A program made the translations under genes and the position numbers. Below the pieces are notes generated by a model. The model worked only from the letters and a program-made list of their open reading frames with translations. It ran no database searches and was not told the origin of the DNA. Below, one piece after another: positions 17,053 through 28,033 of a stretch of DNA of 64,000 bases; within the stretch, counting starts at the first letter, position 1; each line of letters begins with the position of its first letter. Source of the stretch: an uncultured Ruminiclostridium sp. (GTDB lineage Bacteria > Bacillota > Clostridia > Oscillospirales > Ruminococcaceae); the NCBI GenBank assembly GCA_934490165.1, contig CAKSTB010000008.1, positions 3,095 through 67,094 of the forward strand, in the 5' to 3' direction.

Positions 17053-17432
17053 AACATATACTATACTGAAAGGCAGAGCCGAAGCTCTGCCTTAAGATTG
17101 TCGAAAAAGTCAAGCAGAAATGCTTGGCTTTTTCATTGATATGTGGTATAATAAATATGGTGATGAAATGTGCTGAAAACAGGAAAATAAGAACGACATC
17201 AGATAGAATTTGTATGTATGGACTCGCTTGTTAAAACATTGGAGTTTGTTTCAAGGTGGTAATGTAACCTTGCTGTTTTGACATATTCCTTTTTGAGCGA
17301 TGTACACTATATTCTTTCGCCGTATAGATTTCCTTTAATATGCGCATAATAATAAGGGATTTTTTGCTTACCCGATTGACTATTCGCTTAAATTGTGCTA
17401 CTATTTAAGGGAAAACCGATGGAGGTGAGAGA

Positions 17433-18479
17433 ATGAGAGCATTTAATTATTCTGCAATAAAGGAACAAAAATGGGATTCGGAGATTTTAGGTTTGATAGC
17501 CGCCATATATAAAGAAGCGGGAAAGCAGGAATTATATCTGAAGCAACGCCCCGAACAACTCGAAAAGCTGATTGACATTGCCAAAGTACAAAGCACAGAA
17601 GCATCCAACGCCATTGAGGGTATTGTTACAACAAATACCCGTATCCGCCAGCTTGTCAACGAAAAAACAGCACCTAAAAATCGTGACGAACAGGAAATAG
17701 CAGGATACCGCGACGCATTGAACATCATCCATGATAGCTTTGACGCTATTCCTATCACACAAAATTATATCCTTCAACTTCACAAAATACTGTACAGTCA
17801 CATGAATAATCCGCTTGCGGGACGCACTAAAACCGTACAGAACTATATAAGCGCCACCTACCCTGACGGTCACACCGAAACCTTGTTTATACCGCTTGCC
17901 CCATACGAAACACCCGAAGCACTTGACAGAATTTGTGAAGAATACAATCGTGTTATCGGAAATATGGAACTGGAACCGCTGATTGCTATTCCGATTTTCA
18001 TTCACGACTTTCTGTGTATTCACCCTTTCAACGACGGAAACGGAAGAATGAGCAGGCTTCTGACCGCATTACTTCTGTATCGTAACGGTTTTTATGTAGG
18101 AAGGTATATTTCACTTGAAGCCAAGATAGCCCAAAACAAAGACCTGTACTACAATTCGCTTGCAAAATCACAGACCGATTGGCATGAAGGTAATGAAAAT
18201 GCTGTGCCGTTTATCAAGTATATCCTCGGTACAATTCTTGCCGCATACAAGGATTTTGAGGAACGTATGGCACTTGTGGAAACAAAACTGACAACTACCG
18301 AAATGGTCAGAAGGGCAAGCAAAAACAAAATCGGGCGATTTAACAAACAGGACATACGGGAGCTCTGTCCTACAATCAGTGACAGCTCTATCGAAGGCGC
18401 ACTGCGAAAGCTTGTCGCAACAGGTGAGCTGAAAAAAGAAGGTAAAGGAAAAAGCACTTGCTACTACAGACTGAATTAA
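17433..18479 (+). CDS. Fic-family protein (AMPylase-type, class II with an N-terminal inhibitory motif) and a C-terminal winged-helix-like domain.
   Basis: Fic motif HPFNDGNGRMSRLL. Inhibitory-helix motif [ST]xxxE[GN] present as SNAIEG. 348 aa. SD GGAGGTGA. Confidence 0.88.
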   Translation: MRAFNYSAIKEQKWDSEILGLIAAIYKEAGKQELYLKQRPEQLEKLIDIAKVQSTEASNAIEGIVTTNTRIRQLVNEKTAPKNRDEQEIAGYRDALNIIHDSFDAIPITQNYILQLHKILYSHMNNPLAGRTKTVQNYISATYPDGHTETLFIPLAPYETPEALDRICEEYNRVIGNMELEPLIAIPIFIHDFLCIHPFNDGNGRMSRLLTALLLYRNGFYVGRYISLEAKIAQNKDLYYNSLAKSQTDWHEGNENAVPFIKYILGTILAAYKDFEERMALVETKLTTTEMVRRASKNKIGRFNKQDIRELCPTISDSSIEGALRKLVATGELKKEGKGKSTCYYRLN

Positions 18480-18521
18480 CGATATACCGCAAGCGCCTAT
18501 CGTAAAAGGAAATCAATAAAT

Positions 18522-19286
18522 ATGAACTCACCGAATTTAAAGCAAATATCCGATACTACACTTGCCTATTATTCGCTTTGGATAGGGCAAAAGAATAATC
18601 TTTCGCAAAGCAAAAACAGCATTGAATTTCTATATTCGGAAGAACGCGAAAAAACTCAGCAGGGCTACGGCGCTCCGTTCGACATATATATTTTCAAAAG
18701 CCCGGAGCGCACGGTTATATCATACGGAAGCAAAGCAAAGCCGTATATAAGCACATTTAATGAAAGCATAACAGAAAATATGACGATCGACGAGATTGGC
18801 TGTATTGCCGAAAGGATTTTTCATATCAAGCCTGTTCACAACATCAAATATGTATACGCAAAACAGATAACGCTCAGCTCGGACGCCGTTACTCTTAAAG
18901 CGGCGGATTTTGATAAATACAAAGAGTTTTTTGAAAAATGCCATCATATAACGGCAGGCGACTGGTTATACGACTATTTTATCGCGATGGCGGAAAAGCG
19001 CTTCTGTTGCGGAGTTTTCCATGACAATACACTTGTCAGCTGTACAGATGCTCCCGATGTACCGTATATGAACGATACGGTTGTCGAAATAGGCGTAAAC
19101 ACGTTACCCGACTTTTACGGCAAAGGATTTGCAACAGAGTGCTGTAAAAAATGTATTTCCAACATATTAGAAAACGACTTATGCCCGATATGGTCGACCT
19201 CGTCTGATAACCTTGCTTCTCAAGCCTTGGCGGAAAAAGTGGGGTTTGAAAAAACTGCCGATGTTATCACTTTGACTATGCCTTGA
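18522..19286 (+). CDS. GNAT-family N-acetyltransferase.
   Basis: The C-terminal acetyl-CoA-binding pattern VNTLPDFYGKGFATECCKKCI...ASQALAEKVGFE is typical of GNAT. Confidence 0.7.
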   Translation: MNSPNLKQISDTTLAYYSLWIGQKNNLSQSKNSIEFLYSEEREKTQQGYGAPFDIYIFKSPERTVISYGSKAKPYISTFNESITENMTIDEIGCIAERIFHIKPVHNIKYVYAKQITLSSDAVTLKAADFDKYKEFFEKCHHITAGDWLYDYFIAMAEKRFCCGVFHDNTLVSCTDAPDVPYMNDTVVEIGVNTLPDFYGKGFATECCKKCISNILENDLCPIWSTSSDNLASQALAEKVGFEKTADVITLTMP

Positions 19287-19415
19287 TTTCAATCGGTATT
19301 TTTTGCTTATCACAGATAACTGTTGACAAGCTGATTTTTCGTGATATAATATTACGAATCAAGCACAAAATAAACAACAAAGGCAGAGCCTCGGCTCTGC
19401 CTTTCATACTATACT

Positions 19416-20498
19416 TTAACTGTTTTCGTTTCTCATAAATCTGTAACCTTCCGGTGTTTCCTTTACATCAAAGTAAGCAATGTTCAGACTGTAAGCTTTG
19501 TCGTCCGTACCTACATTGATGAAAAACAAAACACCTACACTTGATCCCGCACCTCCTGTCGTGCCGGCATTCACTGCAAAACAGCGCGGTGACACGTCAA
19601 AAATGTTATATGTCGGTGCATTGAACGGTAATTTCTCAAAGTACAAACAATCGGTAGGTTTATTTGTCGTATAATAGAAATTGCCCTGCTCGTCAAATTT
19701 GAAGTACTCACTGTATCTGCTCAGGAATGTATCATAATCCGGCATATCGGCATACAGCGCGCAAGCGGTATCATACCATTCTTTCATGCTGTGGCAGTTG
19801 CCGGGTGTAGCAGGTGTTATATGCCATTCATCGTCATTCTCATATCCGCCTGACGCTATAAATCTATTGAATGTCTGCTGTATCGTTTTATTGTATTCGG
19901 CTCTTGCTTTTATAAGCTCGTCCAGATCTTCGTTTATATTATAATCGCCTTTATACACATACTCAACCAGCTTTGCAAATTCATCATCGGAAAGCTCATC
20001 ATCCATTATTTTGTTATAAAGCGCCTTGTTGATAATATAATTTCCATTGTTATCCGTTGTTATTTCCGGCTCTGTTACATTATCAACAGATGAATCCACA
20101 TAGCTTTCCGGACTTGAGGAATCAGACAAGCTGTCATTACCATTTGACGGATTTTCCGCGTTTGAATCATCGGCTTTACTGTCATCCGCATTGCTTCTCA
20201 CATCCGGAACACCGCCATTACTGTCGTCCGCTCTGCTTGTCACAAGATCGGCAGTGCTTACCGAACTTGACGAGCTGCCGCTCATAGTGTAATCTATTCC
20301 GTTGCCTCTTGTTGCAAAGTATATACCGACTGTCGCAGTTCCGACAACCACAACCGTTGCCGCCACAACCGATGTATAGCGCATTACCTGATGTCTGAAG
20401 TCGGTCTTTATTCTGCTGCTTTCTTCTATGCGCCTGAAAATATCTTTTTTCTGCTTTTCTGTAGGATCGATTTTCTCAAATTCATCTCTGATACTCAT
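19416..20498 (-). CDS. Anti-sigma-factor-like membrane protein with a large extracytoplasmic domain.
   Basis: ATGA overlap with the upstream ECF sigma gene. A short cytoplasmic N-terminus is followed by one TM helix (YTSVVAATVVVVGTATVGIYFA), a Ser/Asp-rich linker and a ~230-aa C-terminal domain. Confidence 0.65.
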   Translation of the reverse strand: MSIRDEFEKIDPTEKQKKDIFRRIEESSRIKTDFRHQVMRYTSVVAATVVVVGTATVGIYFATRGNGIDYTMSGSSSSSVSTADLVTSRADDSNGGVPDVRSNADDSKADDSNAENPSNGNDSLSDSSSPESYVDSSVDNVTEPEITTDNNGNYIINKALYNKIMDDELSDDEFAKLVEYVYKGDYNINEDLDELIKARAEYNKTIQQTFNRFIASGGYENDDEWHITPATPGNCHSMKEWYDTACALYADMPDYDTFLSRYSEYFKFDEQGNFYYTTNKPTDCLYFEKLPFNAPTYNIFDVSPRCFAVNAGTTGGAGSSVGVLFFINVGTDDKAYSLNIAYFDVKETPEGYRFMRNENS

Positions 20499-20980
20499 TC
20501 TATACTCCTTTCCGAGCTCAAATGCTCTTTTAACCGCTCTCTCGCTTTTTGCAGTCTTGAACGCACCGCCGAGGCGCTGATATGAAGCATACTGCCAATT
20601 TCCTTACTGTTGTATCCGTCACAATAAAACAGATAAACAGGTATCTTCAGCTCGTCCGGAAGCGCAGACAGCTCAACCATCACATCGCTGACGGCAGGCT
20701 TGTCTGTTACGGCAATATCCTCAGTCAGCGGTTCGCGCCGTCTGTTGTTTGCCCTCAGCATATTCTTGCAGACATTTTGTGATACGCGTATCAGCCATGC
20801 CTTTTCATGCTCGGTGCTTTCAAAGTGCTTTTGCTTTTCGATAAGCTTAATAAAAGTGTTATGTACTGCGTCCTCCGTATCGTGCACATTTCTTAGGTAC
20901 ATAAAGCACACTCTGTACACGGTTACAAAATGTCGCTCATATATTTCCTTTATATTTTCAGAAGAATAATTCGACGTCAA
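20495..20980 (-). CDS. ECF-type RNA polymerase sigma-70 family factor.
   Basis: 161 aa. Region 2 (DTEDAVHNTFIKL..., AWLIRVSQNVCKNMLR) and region 4 (YCDGYNSKEIGSMLHISASAVRSRLQKARERLK). Confidence 0.88.
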   Translation of the reverse strand: MTSNYSSENIKEIYERHFVTVYRVCFMYLRNVHDTEDAVHNTFIKLIEKQKHFESTEHEKAWLIRVSQNVCKNMLRANNRRREPLTEDIAVTDKPAVSDVMVELSALPDELKIPVYLFYCDGYNSKEIGSMLHISASAVRSRLQKARERLKEHLSSERSIE

Positions 20981-21252
20981 AATTCTTCCCCCTTTTTCTT
21001 TTTATAGCTGAAAATGTACATCTTCATACATAATACACCATAGCAAAGAGAAATGTCCACAAAAAATTAAAAATTTTTATTTCCAAACGGACAACATATA
21101 ATTTCGGCGTGGCGCAAAAATTTCCAACCGTAATTTTGTTACTATTGACGAAATAAACCGGATAATATTGCTTTTTTTGTTCGGAAGTGATATAATTATG
21201 GCGTATATTAAATATGTATCTTTGACGAGGGTACAGAAATGAGGCAGATACT

Positions 21253-23232
21253 ATGAAATCCATAAGCAAAAAAATGACATTGTTCACTGTTTTGCTGGTA
21301 GTAATATCACTGATCGTGGCTACGGTCGCATCGGTAGGTATAATTTACACCACGACAAAATCACTGACCCAGCAGACTCTGACCGAAACGGCTATAGTTG
21401 CGGCCGACAGAGTTACATGGGAACTGAAAGCTATTCAGAATGTTGCAATACAGGCAGGCTGCAACCCCAAGCTGTCATCGCCAATTTATACAAACTCTCA
21501 GAAGCAGAGAGAGGTTGACACGATCGCCGCAAACTTCGGTCTTAACAGAGGCGCATCGATAGATTACGAAGGTCACGGCTCAAACAAAATTGAATATGCA
21601 GACCGTGAATACTACAAAGCCGCTATGGAAGGCAAAACAACGATCACAGAGCCTATGATCGGAAGATCCAACGGCAAGCTGAGCGTAATAATTGCCGCTC
21701 CTATATGGAAAAACGGCGAGCTCAACACCGAGGTCGTAGGTTGCGTTTACTTTGTTCCCGATGAAGAATTCCTCAATGATGTAGTCCGTGCGATCAAGGT
21801 AAACGAAAACGGTGCGGCATATATCATAGATAAGAACGGTAACACCATTGCCGACATTGATATGCAGCTTGTCAGGGACGGCGAGAACATACAGAAGATC
21901 GCCGAGGAGGATACAAGCTACACAGCTCTTGCTCAGGCACACGAAAAGATGGAAGCCGGAGAAACAGGCTTTGCTGAATATGTATCAGGCGGTATTTCAA
22001 AGTACATAGGCTACGCCCCCATATCCGGAACTAACGGCTGGTCTATTGCGGTAACAGTCCACGGTGATGATTATATGGTTCACTGCTTCAGAGGACTTAT
22101 TATACTCGCTATAATATGTGCGGCATCTGCTGTAGCAGGCGGTATAATCGCAGGAATTATCAGCCGCAAGATTGGCAAGCCCATTAGACTTTGCGCAGAG
22201 CGTATCGAAAAGCTCTCCGAAGGCGATCTCACAAGCCCTGTACCTATGGTTAAGTCACATGATGAGGTCAAGATACTCGCTAAGTCAGCCGCCAAGGTTG
22301 TAAACGAGCAGAATGCTATGATAAGCGATATCGGCAATATCTTAAGCAATATGGCTCAGGGTAATTTCGATGTACACAGCAATGATGCCGACAATACATA
22401 CCGCGGCGATTACAAAGTGCTTATCGAGTCTGTAAGAAATATCAACCGCAGACTGAACGACACCTTAAGCCAGATAAGCATTGCGGGCGATCAGGTATCA
22501 AGCGGTTCAGAGCAGGTATCCGCAGGTGCTCAGTCACTTGCTCAGGGTGCTACCGAGCAGGCGGCATCTGTTGAAGAGCTTGCGGCAACTATCCACAACA
22601 TCAATGCTCATATCGAAGCGACCTCGGAAGACTGCCAGAAGGGCAGACAGCTTGTTGATGAAACAGCCGAGTACATAGGTTCGGCAAATGAAAAGATGCA
22701 GAACCTCACAGCCGCTATGCAGGAGATCAACGATGCTTCTACAGAGATAGGCAAGATCATACAGACTATCGAGGATATCGCATTCCAGACAAATATTCTT
22801 GCACTTAATGCCGCAGTCGAGGCGGCAAGAGTCGGCGAAGCCGGCAAGGGCTTTGCGGTCGTTGCCGATGAGGTCAGAAACCTTGCAGGTAAATCTGCCG
22901 ATGCGGCACACGATACAACGGTGCTTATTGAACGTGCCGTTGCCGCTGTTGAAAACGGTAACAACATCACAAACGAAACCGCTCAGGCTGTTTCAGAGGT
23001 TGAAGCAAGATCCGGCGGCGTAAGCGAGATAGTAAATAAGATCGCAGGAGCAAGCATAGAACAGGCTGACATGGTAAAGCAGGTCAATATCGGCGTAGAG
23101 CAGATCTCAAACGTTGTACAGACAAACTCTGCTACAGCAGAAGAAAGTGCCGCCGCTTCAGAAGAGCTTTCAGCTCAGGCACAGACACTGCAAAAGCTTG
23201 TAAGCCGCTTCACCTTCAGAGAAGACGAATAA
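21253..23232 (+). CDS. Methyl-accepting chemotaxis protein with a periplasmic Cache-like sensor and HAMP domain.
   Basis: Two TM helices flank a ~250-aa sensor. The highly conserved signalling hairpin is [39 protein letters not shown]. Confidence 0.92.
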   Translation: MKSISKKMTLFTVLLVVISLIVATVASVGIIYTTTKSLTQQTLTETAIVAADRVTWELKAIQNVAIQAGCNPKLSSPIYTNSQKQREVDTIAANFGLNRGASIDYEGHGSNKIEYADREYYKAAMEGKTTITEPMIGRSNGKLSVIIAAPIWKNGELNTEVVGCVYFVPDEEFLNDVVRAIKVNENGAAYIIDKNGNTIADIDMQLVRDGENIQKIAEEDTSYTALAQAHEKMEAGETGFAEYVSGGISKYIGYAPISGTNGWSIAVTVHGDDYMVHCFRGLIILAIICAASAVAGGIIAGIISRKIGKPIRLCAERIEKLSEGDLTSPVPMVKSHDEVKILAKSAAKVVNEQNAMISDIGNILSNMAQGNFDVHSNDADNTYRGDYKVLIESVRNINRRLNDTLSQISIAGDQVSSGSEQVSAGAQSLAQGATEQAASVEELAATIHNINAHIEATSEDCQKGRQLVDETAEYIGSANEKMQNLTAAMQEINDASTEIGKIIQTIEDIAFQTNILALNAAVEAARVGEAGKGFAVVADEVRNLAGKSADAAHDTTVLIERAVAAVENGNNITNETAQAVSEVEARSGGVSEIVNKIAGASIEQADMVKQVNIGVEQISNVVQTNSATAEESAAASEELSAQAQTLQKLVSRFTFREDE

Positions 23233-23440
23233 TAAAGCATTTAAAGATCCTCGGGCTTAATGTCCGAGGATTTTTTTAATATCAAATACAAAAACGGGCT
23301 TCTCGCTTTAAATCATTGAATAAATATCCCGGTTATGATAAAATTGTCACAACACGACAGTTTTGATGATCTGTGTCGTTCAGTTCTGCTTTTTTCTCTG
23401 ATATAATTAAGACAACAAAGAAAAAAAGGAGGCTGTGAAA

Positions 23441-23797
23441 ATGAACACAGACAAAATTTATGCGGAACAGCTCGCAAACGAATATGCACCCAAGGACACC
23501 TCAAAGGTAGTCGCACTGAGAAAGCTTGACGCTAAGGCAAAGATGCCGGCTACGGTGTTTACCTACACACTGGGCATTGTATCGGCGCTTATATTCGGCA
23601 CGGGAATGTGCCTTTCAATGAACATTATAGGTTCGGGCAGTGTCGCAATGACCGTACTCGGAATAATCATCGGCGTTATCGGAATGATCGGTGTCAGCGT
23701 AAATTACCCGATATACAAAAAAATGCTTGCAAGCGGAAAACAGAAGTATGCTTTTGAAATAATACAGCTTGCAAAAGAGATAAGCGATAAGCAGTAA
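23441..23797 (+). CDS. Small membrane protein (2 TM), unknown function.
   Basis: AGGAGG lies 8 nt upstream of ATG 23441; the listed GTG at 23435 is too close to the SD. Two hydrophobic helices. Confidence 0.6.
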   Translation: MNTDKIYAEQLANEYAPKDTSKVVALRKLDAKAKMPATVFTYTLGIVSALIFGTGMCLSMNIIGSGSVAMTVLGIIIGVIGMIGVSVNYPIYKKMLASGKQKYAFEIIQLAKEISDKQ

Positions 23798-23799
23798 GC

Positions 23800-24744
23800 G
23801 TGCAAATGCTCAGACGGATATTACAGACGATATTCGGTCGCTCCCTCACCTTTCTTCTGCTTACCTCAATACCTGTATCGGTCGCGCTTATCTGTGTATT
23901 TGTGAACGGATACAACGAAAGCATAACGGCATATGTGATATACTTTCTGTCCGCATACTGCCTTGCTTCCTGCGTTTATTCAGGCATAATCGCAATAAGA
24001 CGGGCAAAAATATCGGGGCTGAGGTTTACCTATAAAAGCAGGGTCATATCAAAGCTTCGTTCATCAAAGCTTATATGTCGTTACCTTGACAGCAGGCATT
24101 TCAGAGGAGAAGCGGGCATTTATATCAGTCTTACCGCCGATACTCTCTATACGGCATTCCGTGCAGTGACAGGTATAATCTACGGCTCGGTATGGTTTTT
24201 ATCACTGGCGGCATATCACGCTGTACTGGCTCTTATAAGACTGTATCTTGCCTTTTCATACAGAAAAGCCGCACATACAGCCGAAAGCGCTAAAAAAGCC
24301 TATGAATACCGCCGCTATATTAAAACCGGCATACTGCTGTTATTTCTCAATATCCCAATGGGTGGTATGATATTGCTTATGATACACACAAATTCGGGTT
24401 TCGTATATCCGGGATACATCATATACTTGTCGGCAATGTACACATTCTATACCGCAATTACGGCGGTAATAAATATAGTACGATACCGCAGGCTCGGAAG
24501 TCCCGTTTTATCGGCGGCAAAAGCGTTAAACCTTGTATCGTCCGCAATGTCACTGCTCGGTCTGCAAACTGCAATGATAGCGGTTTTTTCCGGTGAGAGC
24601 GATGATTTCCGTATGATAATGAATACGGCAACCGGAGCTGGAGTGCTTGTTATCACTGTATCAACCGCAATATATATGATCGTGCGGTCAGTACCGATAC
24701 TCAAAAACGAAAGGGCAGGTAAATATGACAAAATCGGAGAGTAA
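23800..24744 (+). CDS. Polytopic membrane protein, unknown function.
   Basis: 314 aa, about 7 hydrophobic segments. It starts 3 nt after the previous stop and overlaps the downstream TetR gene by 20 nt, suggesting an operon. Confidence 0.6.
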   Translation: MQMLRRILQTIFGRSLTFLLLTSIPVSVALICVFVNGYNESITAYVIYFLSAYCLASCVYSGIIAIRRAKISGLRFTYKSRVISKLRSSKLICRYLDSRHFRGEAGIYISLTADTLYTAFRAVTGIIYGSVWFLSLAAYHAVLALIRLYLAFSYRKAAHTAESAKKAYEYRRYIKTGILLLFLNIPMGGMILLMIHTNSGFVYPGYIIYLSAMYTFYTAITAVINIVRYRRLGSPVLSAAKALNLVSSAMSLLGLQTAMIAVFSGESDDFRMIMNTATGAGVLVITVSTAIYMIVRSVPILKNERAGKYDKIGE

Positions 24745-25315
24745 ATACTTCAATACAGCCGCCCGTATGGACAAGGCTTTTCTTGAGATCCTCGAAAAAA
24801 AGGATATTGAATATATCACCGTAAAGGAGATATGCACTGCCGCGGGTGTGAACCGCTCCACATTCTATCTGCATTACGAAACGATCGACGATTTGCTTGA
24901 AGAAAGCGCGCAATACATAAACGACAGCTTTCTGTCTTATATGGGTAAAGACCCAAAACACGTCATAGGCAGTATAAGCAATGTCGAAAACGAAAAGCTG
25001 TATTTTCTCACCGATGAATATTTACTGCCGTATCTTAACTTTGCCAAGGAGCATAAAAGATTGTTCTGCACCATACTTAACAACCCGGTATCGCTGAAAA
25101 TGGATAAGTCGTATACGCTTATGTTCCGGCACATATTCAGCCCCATACTTGAACGCTTCGGAATACCCGAAGAAAGCAGAAATTATATGATGGCTTTCTA
25201 TGTACGCGGAATGATGGCGATAGTCACCGAATGGCTTAAAAACGACTGTAAAGAGCCTGTCGAAAAAATAAGCTCAATAATGCAAAGCTGTACAGGCTCT
25301 GTAAAAAAGCAATAA
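24725..25315 (+). CDS. TetR/AcrR-family transcriptional regulator.
   Basis: N-terminal HTH: ITVKEICTAAGVNRSTFYLHYETIDDLLEE. Confidence 0.85.
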   Translation: MTKSESKYFNTAARMDKAFLEILEKKDIEYITVKEICTAAGVNRSTFYLHYETIDDLLEESAQYINDSFLSYMGKDPKHVIGSISNVENEKLYFLTDEYLLPYLNFAKEHKRLFCTILNNPVSLKMDKSYTLMFRHIFSPILERFGIPEESRNYMMAFYVRGMMAIVTEWLKNDCKEPVEKISSIMQSCTGSVKKQ

Positions 25316-25444
25316 TAACAGATATAAAAATGCGGCATTGAGAAATCTCTCCGTGCCGCATTTTGTATCCGTTCCATACCAAAAACTCCGCCCTGCCGTA
25401 TTAACAGAGCGGAGTTTGTTATTCGTAATTTTCCGATACCGTTA

Positions 25445-26284
25445 TCATTTTCTTAACAGCTTCTTATAAAGAAAACCTGTTATACAGTTCGGGATTATAA
25501 ACAGAACTATCTGACCTGCACACGGAATAAGAAAATCCGCAAAGCTTGAAAATCCCATTTTTCTTATCTTTTTTCTTACCGCAATAAAGCTCTTGGTGTT
25601 GCGGAAATTTCTGCGGCGGTTCAGGTTGCCCGGTGTGACTCTGTACCTTACAAGCGCCTCCGGAATGTTAGCGGCTTTAGCGCCCGCCATCAGCATACGA
25701 ACCATAAAGTCGTAATCCTCACAACGCTCAAGCTCCTCGCTGTATCCGCCTATTGATAATGCAAGTGACCTTCTGTACACAAGCGTTTGATTATTGAAAG
25801 GGGCTCTGCGCCTTGCAAACTTGCGTATCTCGTCATTTTCGACCGGCGGGCAACGCGTTGCTATATCTTCTCCTGTGCCGCTGTTGAACTCCTGAATATA
25901 ACAGCCGAGAATAGAAATATCCGAGTGCTCGGCAAGGTATCTCATCTGCTTCTCTGCTCTGTTATCAAGGCAGATATCGTCGGAGTCCATCTTCATTATA
26001 AACTCATTTTTACAAAGAGCAAGCCCTGTGTTTGCACATTTGGCAGTACCGCCGTGGCTTTCAAGGCGATTAACTACCAGTCTTCCGCCAAACTTTTCAC
26101 TGTATACCGCAATAACATCGTTAAGCTCCTTATCAAGAGCACCGTCACATACAAGCACTACCTCATCGGCAGGATAAGTCTGTATATATAGACTTTCAAG
26201 GCTCTGCTCAAAAAATGCGGCATTTTCACCGCCGTATACAGACATAAGGACGCTGTACGGCTGTAATTCTGTTAAATTTTCCAT
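25445..26284 (-). CDS. Family 2 glycosyltransferase.
   Basis: YSVLMSVYGGENAAFFEQSLESLYIQT, a DxD region (MDSDDI) and the typical GT2 length and pattern. Confidence 0.8.
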   Translation of the reverse strand: MENLTELQPYSVLMSVYGGENAAFFEQSLESLYIQTYPADEVVLVCDGALDKELNDVIAVYSEKFGGRLVVNRLESHGGTAKCANTGLALCKNEFIMKMDSDDICLDNRAEKQMRYLAEHSDISILGCYIQEFNSGTGEDIATRCPPVENDEIRKFARRRAPFNNQTLVYRRSLALSIGGYSEELERCEDYDFMVRMLMAGAKAANIPEALVRYRVTPGNLNRRRNFRNTKSFIAVRKKIRKMGFSSFADFLIPCAGQIVLFIIPNCITGFLYKKLLRK

Positions 26285-26407
26285 ACAAAGCCTCCTTAAA
26301 TTTCATTGCGTCAGGTGTAATCGCTTACAATGATTTTATCACACAGTAAAGTAAAAGTCAATCGAAACCCGCATTTTTTATCCGTTTTTCTCCGTATTGT
26401 CATATTA

Positions 26408-28033
26408 TCAGTCGAAATATAACGCTTTTCGGTAATCTATCTGACCTGTGAACGGGTCGTATGCTATCTCCTCGCAGTTTTCGGTACTGATAAAGTACTC
26501 GGTAACATATGCGATCGGTATAAAGCGCCCGTCTGTCATAAGCTGTTTTTCAGCCTTTACGCAAAGCTCATACTCCTCACTCAGATCCTTTGCCTGCGCT
26601 GCCTGCCGGAGCAGATCTGAATATGTATCGTCCATCGCACTGTACTTATAGCCGCTGTCGGTAAACTGCCTGAGATACGCCTCGGGACGGTTGTATTCAC
26701 CGTTTATTCTTGTAAGCGCCAGTGCATAATCTCCGCTTGCGATCTTCTCGTCATATTCACTCTCGCTTACATAAGAGATACTGCAATAAAAGCCAAGCTT
26801 GGCCTGCCACTGCTGTAATATCCCTCCGAGCGACTCGCCTATCTCCTCGTCGCGGTTCTGCACCGCAAGAATGTTCACGCTGTGCAGGTCAGCCTTGTCG
26901 ATATTTTCGCAGGCGCTCTGATATGAAGAATACGCCTTTATTTCATCGGGCTTTACAGCAGTCCTGCTTCCTGCTGTATCGCGATAGCTGCCGAGAGAAT
27001 TTTTAACCGACGGAGCTACAATTCCGTCAGCTGCAGAATAGCCGAACGGCAGACTGAGCGATGATTTATCCGATGCAAAGAGCAGTGCATATCTCAGCTT
27101 GTCGCTCTTGAAGATCGATTTTTTCGTATTCATCATAATGCCGTATACGGCGGTCGAATACTCGTCATAAACATACCCGCTTCCGAGATAATCCTTTGCC
27201 GTGCTTCCCGAAAGCACTATGCTCTGAGATGTGCCGTCCGTAAAATCGGTCATATGATTATCTTCGACAAAGAAGTTAAGACCGAGCGGTGTTACCTCAT
27301 CGTGTTCATCGTACTTGTCGCTGTAGCGCAATACCATATTGTTATTATTTTTGCTCCACGCATCGTAATACCACGTCTTTACATAAAAAGGTCCGTTTGA
27401 CGGGGTTCTCTCCGCGTCAAGCCCGTATTTGCCCTGTGCCGCCGTGAAGTATTCCTTACTGCACGGCATAGCCGCAGGCATAGTGAGCAACAGCTCAAAT
27501 GACGGCTCGGTGTATTCAAGCTCTATTGTAAGCCCGAACTTTCCGTCCGCCTTTACTCCAAGCTGTGATACATCGGTAATTTCGCCGCTGTTTATCTTCT
27601 GCGCATTCTTTATGCAGAAATATTCGGACGCTTTAGGCGCCCTGGTTTCGGGCATAAACAGGCGCTGAAAACCGAAAACAAAATCATCTGCGGTCACCTG
27701 TTTGTTGTATTCGTTGACATCTGTCCAGCATCTGTTCTGCTTCAGCTTAAAAGTATATGTAAGTCCGTCATCGGACACGGTGTAGCTTTCCGCCATAGCC
27801 TTTTCGACACTGCCGTCACCCGATGTTCTGAACAATCCCTCAAATATACAGCCGATTATCAGATACGATTCCCTGTCGGAGGCATACTGAGGGTCAAGAC
27901 TTCCGGGATTTGAGGATATGTCGTATCCGAATACATATCCCTTACCGTCATCCTCCTTGCACGATGTCATCAGTAAGCAACTGATACACAGCAGTAATGC
28001 CGTAATGCACGCTGTAAGTCTTCTCTTCATCAA
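26408..28033 (-). CDS. ABC transporter substrate-binding lipoprotein, family 5 (peptide/nickel, OppA-like).
   Basis: Signal peptide with lipobox LLMTSC. 541 aa with the family-5 SBP pattern (LDPQYASDRESY..., FKLKQNRCWTD). Confidence 0.8.
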   Translation of the reverse strand: MMKRRLTACITALLLCISCLLMTSCKEDDGKGYVFGYDISSNPGSLDPQYASDRESYLIIGCIFEGLFRTSGDGSVEKAMAESYTVSDDGLTYTFKLKQNRCWTDVNEYNKQVTADDFVFGFQRLFMPETRAPKASEYFCIKNAQKINSGEITDVSQLGVKADGKFGLTIELEYTEPSFELLLTMPAAMPCSKEYFTAAQGKYGLDAERTPSNGPFYVKTWYYDAWSKNNNNMVLRYSDKYDEHDEVTPLGLNFFVEDNHMTDFTDGTSQSIVLSGSTAKDYLGSGYVYDEYSTAVYGIMMNTKKSIFKSDKLRYALLFASDKSSLSLPFGYSAADGIVAPSVKNSLGSYRDTAGSRTAVKPDEIKAYSSYQSACENIDKADLHSVNILAVQNRDEEIGESLGGILQQWQAKLGFYCSISYVSESEYDEKIASGDYALALTRINGEYNRPEAYLRQFTDSGYKYSAMDDTYSDLLRQAAQAKDLSEEYELCVKAEKQLMTDGRFIPIAYVTEYFISTENCEEIAYDPFTGQIDYRKALYFD

